Origin: Lingula anatina
Lineage: Eukaryota; Animalia; Brachiopoda
Assembly: GCA_051362555.1 (NCBI GenBank)
Contig: CM120643.1
Span: forward strand, 21,394,848-21,458,847
DNA: 64,000 nt
Direction: 5' to 3'
The translations under genes were made by a program, and so were the position numbers. The notes beneath the pieces are model-generated. The model was not told the DNA's origin, ran no database searches, and was given only the letters and a program-made list of their open reading frames with translations. Every line of letters begins with the position of its first letter. Positions within the stretch are counted from its first letter, which is position 1. Of the stretch, positions 38,940 to 64,000 are shown in pieces.

Positions 38940-41900
38940 AAATGTGTACCAAGCATAAGGCTTCAGGCCCATGGAAGTTCAAGTTCACACTTTGAAAATG
39001 TAAAACTTCCAGAAAAAGAAGTCAATTAGACTGCTTTTCCAACGTCAGGCTGCATTTTAGTCCTGTATTTCTTTTTTGAAAGTTTTGCAATCATAAGTAA
39101 CATGGTTTTCTCATAATGGTCATCATGGCAGCAGCACCCAAAATTGTGTTTTCTTCTATTCTGATGCAATATTACATAATGGTTTACAGCATAATGACAA
39201 TCAATTTTTAATAAGAAAATATACCTATCATAGATTTTCAGAAAATGTGACTATCATGGGTCTTCAAGCCTGTGGAACTTCAAAGTCACACATTGAAAAT
39301 GCCAATATGTGAAAAATTAAATTTTCACAAAAAAATGTTTAACTGGCAGATTGCATTGCCTACTGAAGCTATATTTTAGTCCCATGTTTCTTTCCTGTAA
39401 GTTTGAGAACAGTAAGTGACATGGTTTTTCTTAAATGGTTATCATAGTAGCAGTGCCCAAAAATAGTTTTTTTTTTTCAAATTTTGATGCAATATTACAT
39501 AATGTTTAACAGCATAATGACCATCAATTTCTAATAATAAAATATTAGTATCATGGATATTCAGAAAATGTGACTAGCAAAGGTCTTCTGGCCCATGGAA
39601 CTTCAAAGTCACAACTTGAAAATGCCAAAATGTAAACAAGACAGCACTGTTCTGAAATGTTTTTTTCCACATTTTTAACAATTTTTAACATAAAACAAAA
39701 TTAACAGTTTACTGCCATTTATATATGATCAACTAAAAAAATTGATGAGATGGGAAAAAAATCAATAGAGCAGTGTTAAATGTCCAATTTCTTCCATTCT
39801 GAGATTCTGAACATAGTGAATGATTGAATCTGACAAACTGCAATGATATGAGTTTTTTTCCATTTTTGAAACTTTATTACACAATACACGATAACAAGTT
39901 TACCATCATTTTTACAAAATCAACCAACAATGTTGTAAAGATGCAGGAAATGTCAAACAAACACTTTTACGTATCTTATTAATTAAATAATGAAACTGTT
40001 AACATGCCTAAGAATTGAATCTGAGGAAATGTGAAAAAACAGCATAACTTCTAAAATAATGGCCCGATTATGCTGATTTTCAAACTCAACCTGAGTTTTA
40101 GTAAGATTAATCACTCCTGTGAGTTTCATGACAATTGGCCTATCTGTTTTTCTTATATTGTGTTAACAGTGTTGTATATATGCTGAAAAGTGAAAAAAAC
40201 AGCATAACTACTAAAATAGTGGCCCTATCATGCCGATTTTCGAACTTGACCTGCATTTTAGTAAGATTAACCACTCCTGTGAGTTTCATGACAACTGGCC
40301 TATATGTTTTTCTTATATTGTATTAACAGTGTTGCATATATGCTGAAAAGTGAAAAAAAAAACAGCATAACTTCTACAATAATGCCTTGATCATGTTGAT
40401 TTACGAACTTGACCTGCATTTTATGAATATTCATCAGCTCTGTAAATATAAAGCCAAAAAGTAAAACTGTCTTCCACTTATGGTGTTAACGATAAAAGTG
40501 CACAGCGACGGCAACATGGACTGCGACGACAGATGCAGGTGATGGCAATATGTACATAATAAAATATATGTATCGTGGATTTTCAGAAAATGTGACTAGC
40601 ATGGGTCTTCAAGCCCGTGGAGGTTCTAAGTCACACCTTGAAAATGCCAATATGTGAAAAATTAAATTTTCACAAAAAACCGATTAACTGCCAGAAAGAA
40701 TTACCAAACAGACTGCATTGCCTAATTAAACTGTATCTTAGTCCCATGTTTCTTTCCTGTAAGTTTGAGAACAGTAAGTGACATGGTTTTCCTTAAATGG
40801 TCATCATGGGAGCAGTGTCCAAAATAGGGGTTTCTTCAAATTTTGATGCAATATTACATAATGTTTAACAGCATAATGACCATCAATTTTTAATAATAAA
40901 ATATTAGTATCATGGATATTCAGAAAATGTGACAAGCAAAGGTCTTCAGGCCCATGTAACTTCAAAGTCACACCTTGAAAATGCCAAAATGTAAACAAGA
41001 CAGCACTGTCCTGAAATGTGTTTTTTTCCATTTTTAACAATTGTTTACATATAACAAAATTAACAGTTTACTGCCATTTTTATATGATCAACTAAGAAAA
41101 TTGATGACATGGGAAAAATATCAATAGAACAGTGTTTAATGTCCAATTTCCTCCATTCCGAGTTTCTGAACATAGTGAATGAATTAATCTGACAAACTGC
41201 AATGATATGAGTTTTTTTCCATTTTTGAAACTCTATTATACAATACATGATAACAAGTTTACCATCATTTTTACATAATCAACTAACAAATGTTGTAAAG
41301 TTGCAGGAAATGTCAAACAAACACATTTACATATCTTATTAGTTAAATAATGAGACTGTTAACATGCCTAAGAATTGAATTTGAGGAAATGTGAAAAAAC
41401 AGCATAACTTATAAAATAATGGCCCCATTATGCTGATTTTTGAACTTGACCTGCATTTTAGTAAGATTGATTACTAATGTGAGTTTCATGACAACAGGCC
41501 TATTGGTTTTCCTTGAAATGTGTTAACAATGTTGCATATATGCTAAAAAGTGAAAAAACAGCATAACTACTAAAATAGTGGCCCGATCATGCCGATTTTC
41601 GAACTTGACCTGCGTTTTAGTAAGATTGATTACTCCTGTGAGTTTAATGACAACAGGCCTATCGGTTTTCCTTAAAATGTGTTAACAGGGTTGCATATAT
41701 GCTGAAAAGTGAAAAAACAGTATAACTTCTACAATAATGGCCCGATCATGCTGATTTTCGAACTTGACCTGTGTTTTATGAATATTCATCAGCTCTGTAA
41801 ATATAAAGCCAAAAAGTAAAACTGCCCTCCACTTATCGTGTTAACAAGGAAAGTGCACGGCGCCGGCATCGGCATCGGCGACGGCATCGGCGACGGCATC

Positions 41901-41962
41901 GGCGACGACAGACGCAGGTGATGGCAATATGTACAGACACTTCTGTGTCTGTACATAAAAAT
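38940..41962 (+). mobile_element. Helentron-associated (HINE-like) non-autonomous element with internal tandem repeats and a ~1.35-kb internal duplication
   Basis: ~160-bp tandem units (AAAAAACAGCATAACT at 40034, 40194, 40358, 41394, 41553, 41712); 39220-40560 repeated at 40560-41930; CGGCAT/CGGCGA microsatellite then perfect hairpin TATGTACAGACAC-ttct-GTGTCTGTACATA (41928-41957) and an A-run. 5' boundary is uncertain. Confidence 0.7.
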
Positions 41963-43038
41963 TCATCTGAAATAAGTATTATTTTAATTTTTTTCAAATG
42001 AGCCCAAGCTCATAATCCTTCGCAAATGGAGCAATGATAGAATGCACATGAAACCATGAAGCTTTCTTGACTCTCTTGACATGCAAATCACACATTTTTT
42101 ACAATAAAATTCCATATCATGTCTGAATTATAATTAGAACTAAAAGGTATAAATTACCTGGCACATATTGTTTTTACACAGCACTGTTCTTGGCTTTCCA
42201 GCATCAAGGCCAGTCATCTGAAAATACAAAACAAAACACAAACTTACTACTAGTTCACATTTCTTTTCTCTCTAATAATTATAAGATCAGGAGAAACTAT
42301 TAAAATAAAATCCTGGAAAACCAATCAGCATGGCTATGAAAAATGTTCTCAGATTACCTTCCTTGTCATATATTTGGCAAGTAGCCATGACCTGCAATGA
42401 ACCACTTCACGATACAGCTCACCGAGAGTGGAAACTCAGTTGCTTCCTAAAACACAAGGTGGGAAAAAACGCCTACTAGTGGGTTGACCCTTTGTGGGCA
42501 GGATTACAGGACTTACCACAAAACCAACTATAAATGTATAGCATTACGCATAGATGAGGGTGCAGCTGAGATTGGATCTTTTTTAAAAGATTTTGCAACT
42601 CTCCAAGTTACGCACGGAAATGCACTTATTGAGAGAATATAAAAAACCTTGCTAAAAGGCTCTCTCAGTGGCATTCACTCACTTATTTGCAGAAATTTAC
42701 TTGCACTGGTTTGCTGGCAAATGTTGAATCTGTACGCTGATGTGGTTTCCTGCCATAACCGAATTTCTATTAATTTGTTTCCAATTAAACCACAAGGCAT
42801 AAGAACACTGTCTAATCCATCGACCCATTATACTTTGTACATCATGTTATGGAAAAAAGTCTCTTCAACATGTACACATTTAATGCAGACATCTCCAAGG
42901 TGGAGAGGTCCTCAGGGAGCAAACCACACTGACAAAGTGACACTGATTAGAATTTATCTTGTTCACAAAAGGACCAACTAAGATCAACAATGAACAAATG
43001 ACATCACAGAATTGCCAATCTGATTTTTGACAATCTAT

Positions 43039-43268
43039 GGGCACATTCAGATTCACACATTGTACCAGCTGGGTCAGTCCAACTTTGTGAGGGATTCTTG
43101 CTAAAGTGCAATCATTGGAATCAGCTTAATCAGCACGTTAGTTGATTCACCCTAGCTCTCAAGGAGGCCTCACACAATTAAGCTGAATCCACTGACTGTA
43201 CTTAAGCAAGAAACCCCTACACAGTTGGACCTACCCAGCAAGTATAATGTGTGAATCTGAATGTGGTC
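43039..43268. mobile_element. MITE with ~25-bp TIRs
   Basis: CACATTCAGATTCACACATT ... AATGTGTGAATCTGAATGTG; internal inverted similarity; related to 45137-45594. Confidence 0.75.
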
Positions 43269-43552
43269 TTAGTTTCACCTGATCAGAAGTGTGCTTGGTT
43301 ATGAGCACAGACATACTTTTTTCTCATTTCCCGTCATTTTTTCTTTCACTAATATTTTCCAAAACATGCAATTAATCCCATTATGAAAGAAAAGGTGAGT
43401 CACTGGTTCAGGCAATGTCAATATCAAAGAGCAGAAACTGCATGTTGATGTCTTGAATAGCTACGAAATTCTGACGCTTTTTTTTTTGCACATCAGTCAG
43501 CTTTTAAGCACTGAAGCTCGCTGAGTAAGTAGAACACCTGCACTACAGTCTA

Positions 43553-43588
<36 letters not shown>

Positions 43589-45136
43589 TATACATATACC
43601 CAAGTATAAGAATACATCTGATTGGATATATTATAAGACACCTGACAGGATAAAGCTAGATTACGTAATGACATTATGCCTAGCAATAAAGGCTTCAGCA
43701 CTATACCATCTCATTACATCAATTCACGTTTATTCACAAAAAAACACACACACACACACACAACAACGACTGCTGCAACTTCAACCAAGTTGACCATAAT
43801 CAGCAGAGTCCTAGTAGGCCTTCTTAATCACAGCTTTTGAAAGAGGGATGATACTGATAAAAGTATAGGGTGCGGCTGTCTGTATGTATGTTTGTTCCTT
43901 TTTTTCAAATAGTGGATGAAAATGTGGTAGCAAGTGTGAAGCAAAGCAAAAAATAAACCTTGCAATAAATATAAACAAGGATGGTTAATCTTGTGCTGCA
44001 TTAAGAAAAATATGCACTGTATTCATATCTTAGTGAGCACAGCCTACTATTACTGATTTCTAGACCCTTAACACCATAAATAGAAAACTGACCATAATTT
44101 CTGTCAAAAGACACATAACCTTTCCCTCCTTAAAAAAATTAATGAAAATAATGATACTTTTAGAGAAAACTGTGAGGACTTCTAAATAATAATAATAATA
44201 ATAATTAATAGGTTGCATATTATTAATTAAATGATAAATAATAAAATTACTAAAAATGCTAGTAATTTCTTTATAAGCTAAGCACACAAATAAACCCGCC
44301 ACATGCCTTAGAGCCAAATAAATATTAGAAGGCTCCTTTGTAAGGACAGTCTGAAAAACAAGCACATGATATATCATATTATTAATTCAATGGCAAGATG
44401 ATCACACACCTATGCCCCCTGTTCTAAAGATGTTTTAATCTTGTGTTTGTTAATGTGTGGGGGACCGTTTTATCATCAACTTAACAAACAATCCTCCCAT
44501 ATCAATATGAGTGTCCTCATAAAGCAAATATACCTGGTACTGGTAGTAAACTGTATACACATAGAATTTAGAACATTTAGAGGTCCTCAAAGTTTTCTGG
44601 CCTTTCTAGGAAAAATCATTTCAATTCCATCATATTTCTCAATTCTAGTATTTTTTTTACATTATTTTATATTGTTTGGTATGAAGTTTACATATAGCTT
44701 GAATGAACTTTTATCTGTACTCTATGCACTTTGTAATTTTTCTTAAATTTCAAGTTTTATTTGACAATGGCACATGGAAAAAATCCATTTGACTTTCAAA
44801 TGATTTTTCACATGTAAATGTAACATTAAAGACCAGTTTACATAGTGAATCACAATCCTGAAGCCTGCAAAAATGCTTGTGACATAAGACATCAGCCTCA
44901 GAACAGAATTACACGTGCATTATAACTGTAGTCATAATTTCCAGTTCAAAGCATTGCAAAAATTGTTTCAAACTTCTTTTCAGTTTGCAAACAAATGGAC
45001 CAGTCTCTATATACAAGGTGCATGCTAGAGGTGTCATCAAGCAGATTATAAAATTTAGACTCCAGCAGAGATTTTTTAGAAATTGTCTGACAAAAAAAAA
45101 AAAAAAAAAAAAAACATGGCTAGAAATTGCTTTTAA

Positions 45137-45594
45137 GGGAACATTCAGATACACCCCATTTCCATAGATTTTTAGATCGATCTATCCCTGTGGGGAGTCT
45201 CACTAGATTACTGTCAGCTTGGCCGGCTTAAGCGTCTGTCCCGCCTACTAAAACCTGTAAGGGGGTAATTAACTATGGTGCCCGCTAGGCTGACTGCAAT
45301 TTAGCGTGAACCCCCAGGGAGTTAGGTCGATCTAAAACTTAATCCTTATATCGATCTAAAGCTCTGGGAAAGCACCCATAGACTCACTACTAGTTGCAAT
45401 TAGTTTAACTGAACGACATGCCTCTTTGAGCAGCTAGGGGGTAATAAACTTTTGTGTGTACTTGCCTTAATTATTCCCCATGATTGAGGAGGTGTGCAAG
45501 ACATTTAACATGATTTCACTGATTGCACTTAGCAAAAATCCCCTGCAAAGTTGGACCAACCAAACTAGTGCGATGTGTCTATCAGAATGGGGTC
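45137..45594. mobile_element. Older host MITE (related to 43039-43268) interrupted by the 45152-45377 insertion
   Basis: After removing the insert, ends GGGAACATTCAGATAGAC / GTCTATCAGAATGGGGTC are inverted repeats flanked by TAA; body 45420-45560 is a reverse-complement match to 43070-43170. Confidence 0.7.
45152..45377 (+). mobile_element. Harbinger-type MITE (copy of 19814-20039) inserted in the TIR of an older MITE
   Basis: Near-identical to 19814-20039; TSD ATA (45149-45151 / 45378-45380). Confidence 0.88.
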
Positions 45595-46678
45595 TAACAT
45601 TGTGTATGAGTTAAAAGCTATTAAATATTCAATATGTCTGTAAATCAGCTGTTACAGCTATGGGTTACTCTTTTTTTTTTCTCTTTTCATCCTGATCTGC
45701 CCTGAATTTTAGTTTGTTTAGAACAGCTTGTGCTTATATGGTATGTTAATTATATATCATTTTCAAATAATGACATAATTTCCCCTGTTTAATCATTAAT
45801 TGCACTTATTTGCAAGATATATATTCCTTTGTTTATTGATTGGCATCAGCAAACTTATGTTACAGCAAACCCATAAATCAGCATGTCCCTTGGTCACAAA
45901 TATTTATATCTGAAATTAAGGCTAAGATTAACCAATAATTATAACTTAAAAAAGATGTGAAGAGAGACAAGGAGCACTTACATCAATCAGAGATAAGCTT
46001 TAGTGTGACAAAAATGTATGAAAATTACACGCCTGTGGGATATCATCAATGTGCCAAACTGCCTATATATATTCACTTTGGACCAAAGGTTGGTCCAACC
46101 TACCTGATAGCCAAAGTATCTATTAATTTTTTATTAGTTTTGGAAGCTGCATTAAAGTATAATCAGAGGATAAAACATACGGTTGCAAATATTTACTATG
46201 CACTAAGAGGAAGAATTGCTGCCACTGTTCCAGTTGCTGCGCCCACGCCCACTGACTGACCTAAACAATGACTCAGACCCCGACTCTGGGAATTTTGACG
46301 AGAACTAGAAACACACAGAATTATCCAGTATCTCTGTAAAGTTTGGCATAAACAAAGACAAGCATCCCTTTACATCAAATGAAACACGTTAAAAACTTTG
46401 ACAAACTATAGGGTGGCACCATTTCATTAATATATTTCAACTATTTATTTAAGCAGTGTAAGTGAAATGCTGTCTGCAATGAATGCAGTAGCCAGAAACT
46501 TCGATGTTATCCCCACCTATTTTTTTGCGTTTGATTAGGATTTTATTTCTCAAATTTGTCGTCATTCACATGTATCTTTGTATTGCATAGTAAAGAATGA
46601 ACGCAAAACAAACAAACCCAAAGCACAAATGAGATTTATAAGTTTTAAGCAAATATTTATAAAATGTAAACTTACCAT

Positions 46679-46923
46679 CTCATGTGCGTGCTCAGCAAAC
46701 AACCGGAAGTGTACTCGCAGTACTCTCGATTCCAGAAATATGTGTTTTGATTCAATTGATTACAAATAAACATAAAAATATGCTTCTTTCAAAAGATAAA
46801 TAGGCGATGTTTGACATTCAAAATAATTTATTAGTAAATAAGTAATTTTTTATGGTCACAAAAATATCCTCGCTCTAATACTGAAGGTTAGAGATTAAGC
46901 TGACCTAGAGAGATCCATTGACT
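46679..46923. promoter_or_regulatory. Putative bidirectional promoter shared by GARRE1 (-) and GPI (+)
   Basis: A minus-strand donor (ATG|GTAAG at 46676) lies ~250 bp from the GPI ATG; ETS/GABP motif CCGGAAGTG at 46703-46711. Confidence 0.6.
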
Positions 46924-57176
<10,253 letters not shown>

Positions 57177-59724
57177 AAAGAAGGGTGACATTAATTGTGT
57201 GGTGGTTATAATACAATTCATTCTTGATATATATATATTGTTCTTACTCCCGAGTTTCAGAGGTTGAAGGAAATTCAACCCCAATTAACTTAAAGGTTGT
57301 GCTGCAACCATTATTTCCAGAATGTTCTGCTTTCAACTTGAAAACACCCAAGATTAATATACCCATTAGCATACGTAACTTACATTTTTTTGTGTTCTTT
57401 CAAACCCTATATAAAAACTACCACATGATTGCTGAAAAATGGTTAGAAATAGTAGTCATTGGGAATAATGTTTTTAAGTTGAGGATCTCATGAAGATGGT
57501 GATGACAGCAAATTAACTTTATTTTGATGTTATAATTGTTAGATATTATAGGTACTACTGGTGTAGAAGTTAATTGTTAAAGGTTTTTAATAAATTATAC
57601 AGTTAGAATTGGATGGGAAAGAGGAAAAGTGATCAGAGAGATAGTATCTTGTTTATCATTTGAGTAAAATTTTAATTTTGAAAAATGTAAGAATGTACTT
57701 GTTTAAGAACATATTCAGAAAAGTCATAATTTAAATGATAAAGCTGTTAACTTTTGATTAGAACAAAAGACGTCTCACTTTTAATGTATATTTATACAAT
57801 TACTTATGCCTAGTTATATATCAAAACAGAATCACCAACTCTGCTCACTTGTCAGTATTAAAATACGTAATTTTTGACTATGGATTTCCTTTGTTGCTGG
57901 TTTTATATAAATATTATTGATTTGACTTTGATCATGGATTATTAAGAAAACATTGCCAGATAGTTAATAAAACTGTCACTGGCAAGGAATATATATATAA
58001 AATTTTAGACCATCACTTTTTTACGCCAACTGCTGAGAGGTTCAGCCTCACTCTCCGAGTTCTCAATTGGTCACAACTGATAATACTGGTACATGTAGTA
58101 TCATCGATCTGTGCAAAGTGTCCAAGGTTAGTTCTATGTCGTTAAAGGTGGTCTGAGAGGTGTTGACAACCCTTGAATATATGATACCATAATCCAGGGT
58201 TGGAGTCTCTATTACTTGGTTTTCTTGTGGTTTTACTAATTGGAAATGCTGTCAGAGAGCCCCCTGAGGTTCAATGTTTACTTGAAACTAACCCCTACTA
58301 TCAGGGTACCAAACAGCTTATATGGTGTAAACTGTTCTGTCTGAGGCAGAAATTAGATGGGAATGTTAAAGGGTTTAAGTTAAATCTTTGTTTAAGGGCT
58401 GTTTGGTATAAACAGATAAAACATTGTTTCAGTGCAATTACTGTGTTGCTTTTCTTTTATTGACGTAATACTTAGTTATTACAGGTTGTTTACACTAAAA
58501 TATATTGATGAGTTTAATGTCTGTTATGAACTAAATTGTTTTGCACAAGGTTGGATTCATGTTACTATCAGGAACTATTCTAACAGAGAATTAAGGTAAA
58601 CATTTGCACAAAGGATTGGCCTAATATGCTAAGAGAAAAAGACGTAAATCAAAATAAAAAATTTCAAGAAGTTGTCCAAATATTGATTTTTTAAAAATAT
58701 AACAGACTAAAATACTCCATATAAGACAGGCTGTAAAATGTGCATGTGTACTTATGACAAACAATGTGGTAATAAACAAATTCCCTACGTAATTCCTTAT
58801 CTATACTTAATTGAATGAAGAAGAGTTATCATCTCGTCTTTAAAGTAATTGTTATAAATGAAAGAATGGCGCATCTAGTTCAGTAGCAATTCACGATGCT
58901 TTCAAGTTATGGAGCCCTGGTCGTGTCTGGACACGGACACGCACGCACACCAGCGCATGCTCATGTGCACAAGCCCTCACACGTGCAGGGCAATATGGTG
59001 AAAATTGTGCATGTTACTGAGATTTTCAAAACATTTTAAGCCTATAGAAATTGTGTACTAGAATCGATAATTATTGTACTCAAATTATAACCGAGGCATT
59101 GATTATTTTCAAATTATACCTTGGGACAGGTTTGGATTCATCTGATCCTGTACACCTGTACAGCTTCTCTCCAATTTCATTTTATTATTGAAGTGTTTTA
59201 AATGCCCCGTGTAGTTTTCAAAGTGAAGAACTGGCACTTCCAGATTTTAGTTGGTATTAGAGCAAATTATCAGAATATTGCAAGTTGAGACTGGAGTAAG
59301 ATTGCTTAATACGTAAGTCAATTTTATTTTCATCATTTGTAAGTACTATTGTCTAACCTTTGTAAATGATGGCCAATTTATGGGAATAAAGTGCTTTTAA
59401 GGGTGGGATGGTAGTATTAATATGTACTAGATTTATCAGAACCCATAATCTACTCAATTTGAATGGCATTTTTGCTTTTTAAAGTAATTTAAAAAAATTG
59501 CTTTTAACACATATAAATTATAAATTATTAATACAGCACAGTGAGATAACAGTGTAAAAGATGCAGTGTAATATGTCATGAAATGTGGAGATAAATATCG
59601 GGGTAAATTCTGAATCTGCATCATTTCCGTTAAAATTTTATAAATATCGACCTTCGACCTATTCTTTAAATAGTATTATGTGTGTACACATGTCTGTGGA
59701 AAAATGCCCCATTTTCTTTCCCCT

Positions 59725-59895
59725 GGATCATTCCAATTGGGGGTGTCAGGTGGGATAGATCCATTACTTGTGAGGGATGTCAGGTGACAAGTCCATTCCA
59801 CTTGAGGGGTGACAGGTGGGGTAGGTGCATTCCATTCGAGAGGTGGTAAGTGTGGCAAGTTCAGTTCACTGGAGGGGTATAAGATGGGTTGAGTC
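59725..59895. repeat. Degenerate ~33-35-bp tandem repeat
   Basis: Recurring CCATTCCA..GAGGGGTGACAGGTGG units. Confidence 0.55.
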
Positions 59896-61776
59896 CTTAT
59901 TTGATATAAAGAAATTAGAACAAATCCCCAAATGTCGATTTAATCAAGTTCTTGTTTATTCCAACAGCATACATATGTATTATATTTTTACTAAGTATCA
60001 CAGCAGTTTTCTCAACAGATACATTGGTACATAACACTGAATTTACACACCCATACCAGGGTTTACTTGCTGATAGCATGGTAAGGTGCTCCCTTAAAAC
60101 ACTGAATGAACATGCCCTTTTCAGGACCACTCATAACACAAGAAGCAACGTCTTGCACAGTGAACAATTAGTACATACTAGCATGCATGCAAAAATGGCA
60201 CATCTGATGCTCTTCATCAGAATAACCATAAATATATATTCATAGATAGATATAAGGTTAAAATATCATGACAAACTGTGTTCATTATATTTTGTTAAAT
60301 ACTGCAAATTATCAACTTCTTGATCATGAACAAAACTTGTCAGGTTTTCTTTACATATATCTTAAACCTGCAGAACATGTGATGCAACTTTTGAAACTTT
60401 TTCTATTCCATTGTTAACAAATACCTTCTTTCAGTTATGAAAGATCAAATAGGCTGCCCTGAAAATAGTTCATAGAGCAGTCCAGCCTTTTTATTGTGCA
60501 ATTCCCAATCCCCTCTTTATCTTTTGGCTTAAAACTATCAGTTTAAGTGTTACTGTATGTGATAGCTGACTGGAATAGGGTATTGAGAAAAAAATGTTGG
60601 AGTAATTTTGTACAATGCCATGAACAGGGATGTGTAACGGACAAAGGGTGTGCTAGTAATAATGGGGTCATGAGCATTACATTCATTAGCCACAACCTTG
60701 ATAATTTCAGTGTATATATAATCATGTAAAATGGGAGTCACACTTAATATAGGTATGATTCTCCAAATCCGTTATCTTATTTTCAGTTATCACGGCAGTC
60801 TATCTTGCCACCCCAGTGGTGCAACCTATTGTTTAATAAATTTATAACAATAACACCATCTGTCTTAACACAAACACAGAACCTGTCTGCATTAATGTAG
60901 TCAAGATTTAATATAATCAAAAGGAAATGATTGTTTAGCCAGATACTAAATGCCAGTTAGCAAAAATGAGCATTATTTATATTAATTAGGAAATTAAAGA
61001 TGGTATTGCATGTTTCCTTTTACTTTTTTTCCAAGGTGTTTCTCCCATCACCATCTAATAAGACAGCATCTGTCTCATTGGTAAAACCCAATACAAAGGC
61101 ACAAAAGTTGACCAATCATGACCATGGTAACTATCACGAGTACCTTAATTGATTTATAAGAACTTTCAGTTTCCTCAATATATAAAAGTCTATAGATAAC
61201 AAACTATGTACAAAGCAAATAAACACATTCCAGAGTGAAGTAATGTGCAGATGTGTAAGCACTTGGTTATCAAACAAACTGAACTCGGCCTGAATTAGAT
61301 AAAAGCCTGTCAATATACAAACTAAATTATATTCAAATGAAAATTTACCACATGGACCGAAATTGTGTACGTCCATCTACAATGTTATTGTGGTTAAACT
61401 GTGATGTGTTATACATTTCGCTTACTGGGAGCAAAAAGTACAAACAATGTTCAATTAAGTTATAGATCAAACCAGCCTTACTGTTATACTGAATTATTTG
61501 TGCATTCTGGCATAAGAAATGTCCATATACACAGAATCATATGCACCCAAGTAGCTCACAGTCTTCACTCACTGTTACTGAGCTCCATGCTGTGCTTTGA
61601 AAATTTCTCTCAATGAAATTAAATATGCATCTCCTGGATATCTATATATTATCTCCGTATGAAGAAAAGTCTCCTTGTGCAACTATCATTGGTTATGAAG
61701 ACTCTTTTTCCCCTGTTATCAATGATCATATATATATGTATATATATGTAAACTCTTGCTCCTAGACATGGGATAT

Positions 61777-63360
<1,584 letters not shown>

Positions 63361-63667
63361 TCACCCTTGAGGTTAGAAATTATTTTTATCACTGCATAGT
63401 CTAACCATTGCTGTTGAAATACTTTCTTCTCTTCAGTAAAAATTTGTAACAAAATTATTTCTTACATCTTTGTTGCAAACAGAATGTTTTTCAGCAAAAT
63501 TAATCTATTGAACTGATTCGAACATGAAACCGCTACCCACTGCCAGTCTGAATAGAACAACTTATAAAAACACCGTCTAAGTAATAACTGCAATAGCTAT
63601 TCAATTACACAAGTCACGCAGACAAAGAAAGCCACATATGCATTTTGTAAATAAAAGACTCCACTTA

Positions 63668-63850
<183 letters not shown>

Positions 63851-64000
63851 TCAACGTACCAGGCAAACTCACTTAATATCTAATGCAATACAAGATGTAG
63901 TAAAGACCAATCCTGATAACACTCACTTTTAGATAAGATACCGCAATATATACAAGCTTAATGCAAGTCTTGTCTCAAATTTCTCATCCAGTAAATTTTA

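Overview
AT-rich, intron-containing animal (invertebrate) genomic DNA; the repeat types resemble those of lophotrochozoans such as molluscs, but this is an inference. Five protein-coding genes can be built from splice signals: a 2-exon galactose-3-O-sulfotransferase-like gene (+), a methionine sulfoxide reductase A (+), a GARRE1/KIAA0355 homologue (-), glucose-6-phosphate isomerase (+, 16 exons, head-to-head with GARRE1) and the 3' end of a WWP/ITCH/Su(dx)-type HECT E3 ligase (-). The key hidden feature is that msrA has an in-frame TGA (27315-27317) at the catalytic Cys position and a canonical type II SECIS hairpin in its 3' UTR (30146-30216), so it is a selenoprotein that the ORF track splits. 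Other notable items: a ~500-bp cluster of structured, Pol III-like (A-box/B-box/oligo-T) small-RNA candidates, one of them vault-RNA-like, between 81-bp direct repeats; two adjacent non-autonomous fold-back elements with TAG...CTA ends and 3-bp TSDs (Academ-like) carrying inward-facing, ~176-bp-phased CAAGATGGC (YY1-type) motifs; a recent 3.16-kb tandem duplication breaking inside the sulfotransferase CDS; a Helentron-like repeat array; nested Harbinger-type MITEs; and RTE LINE fragments.
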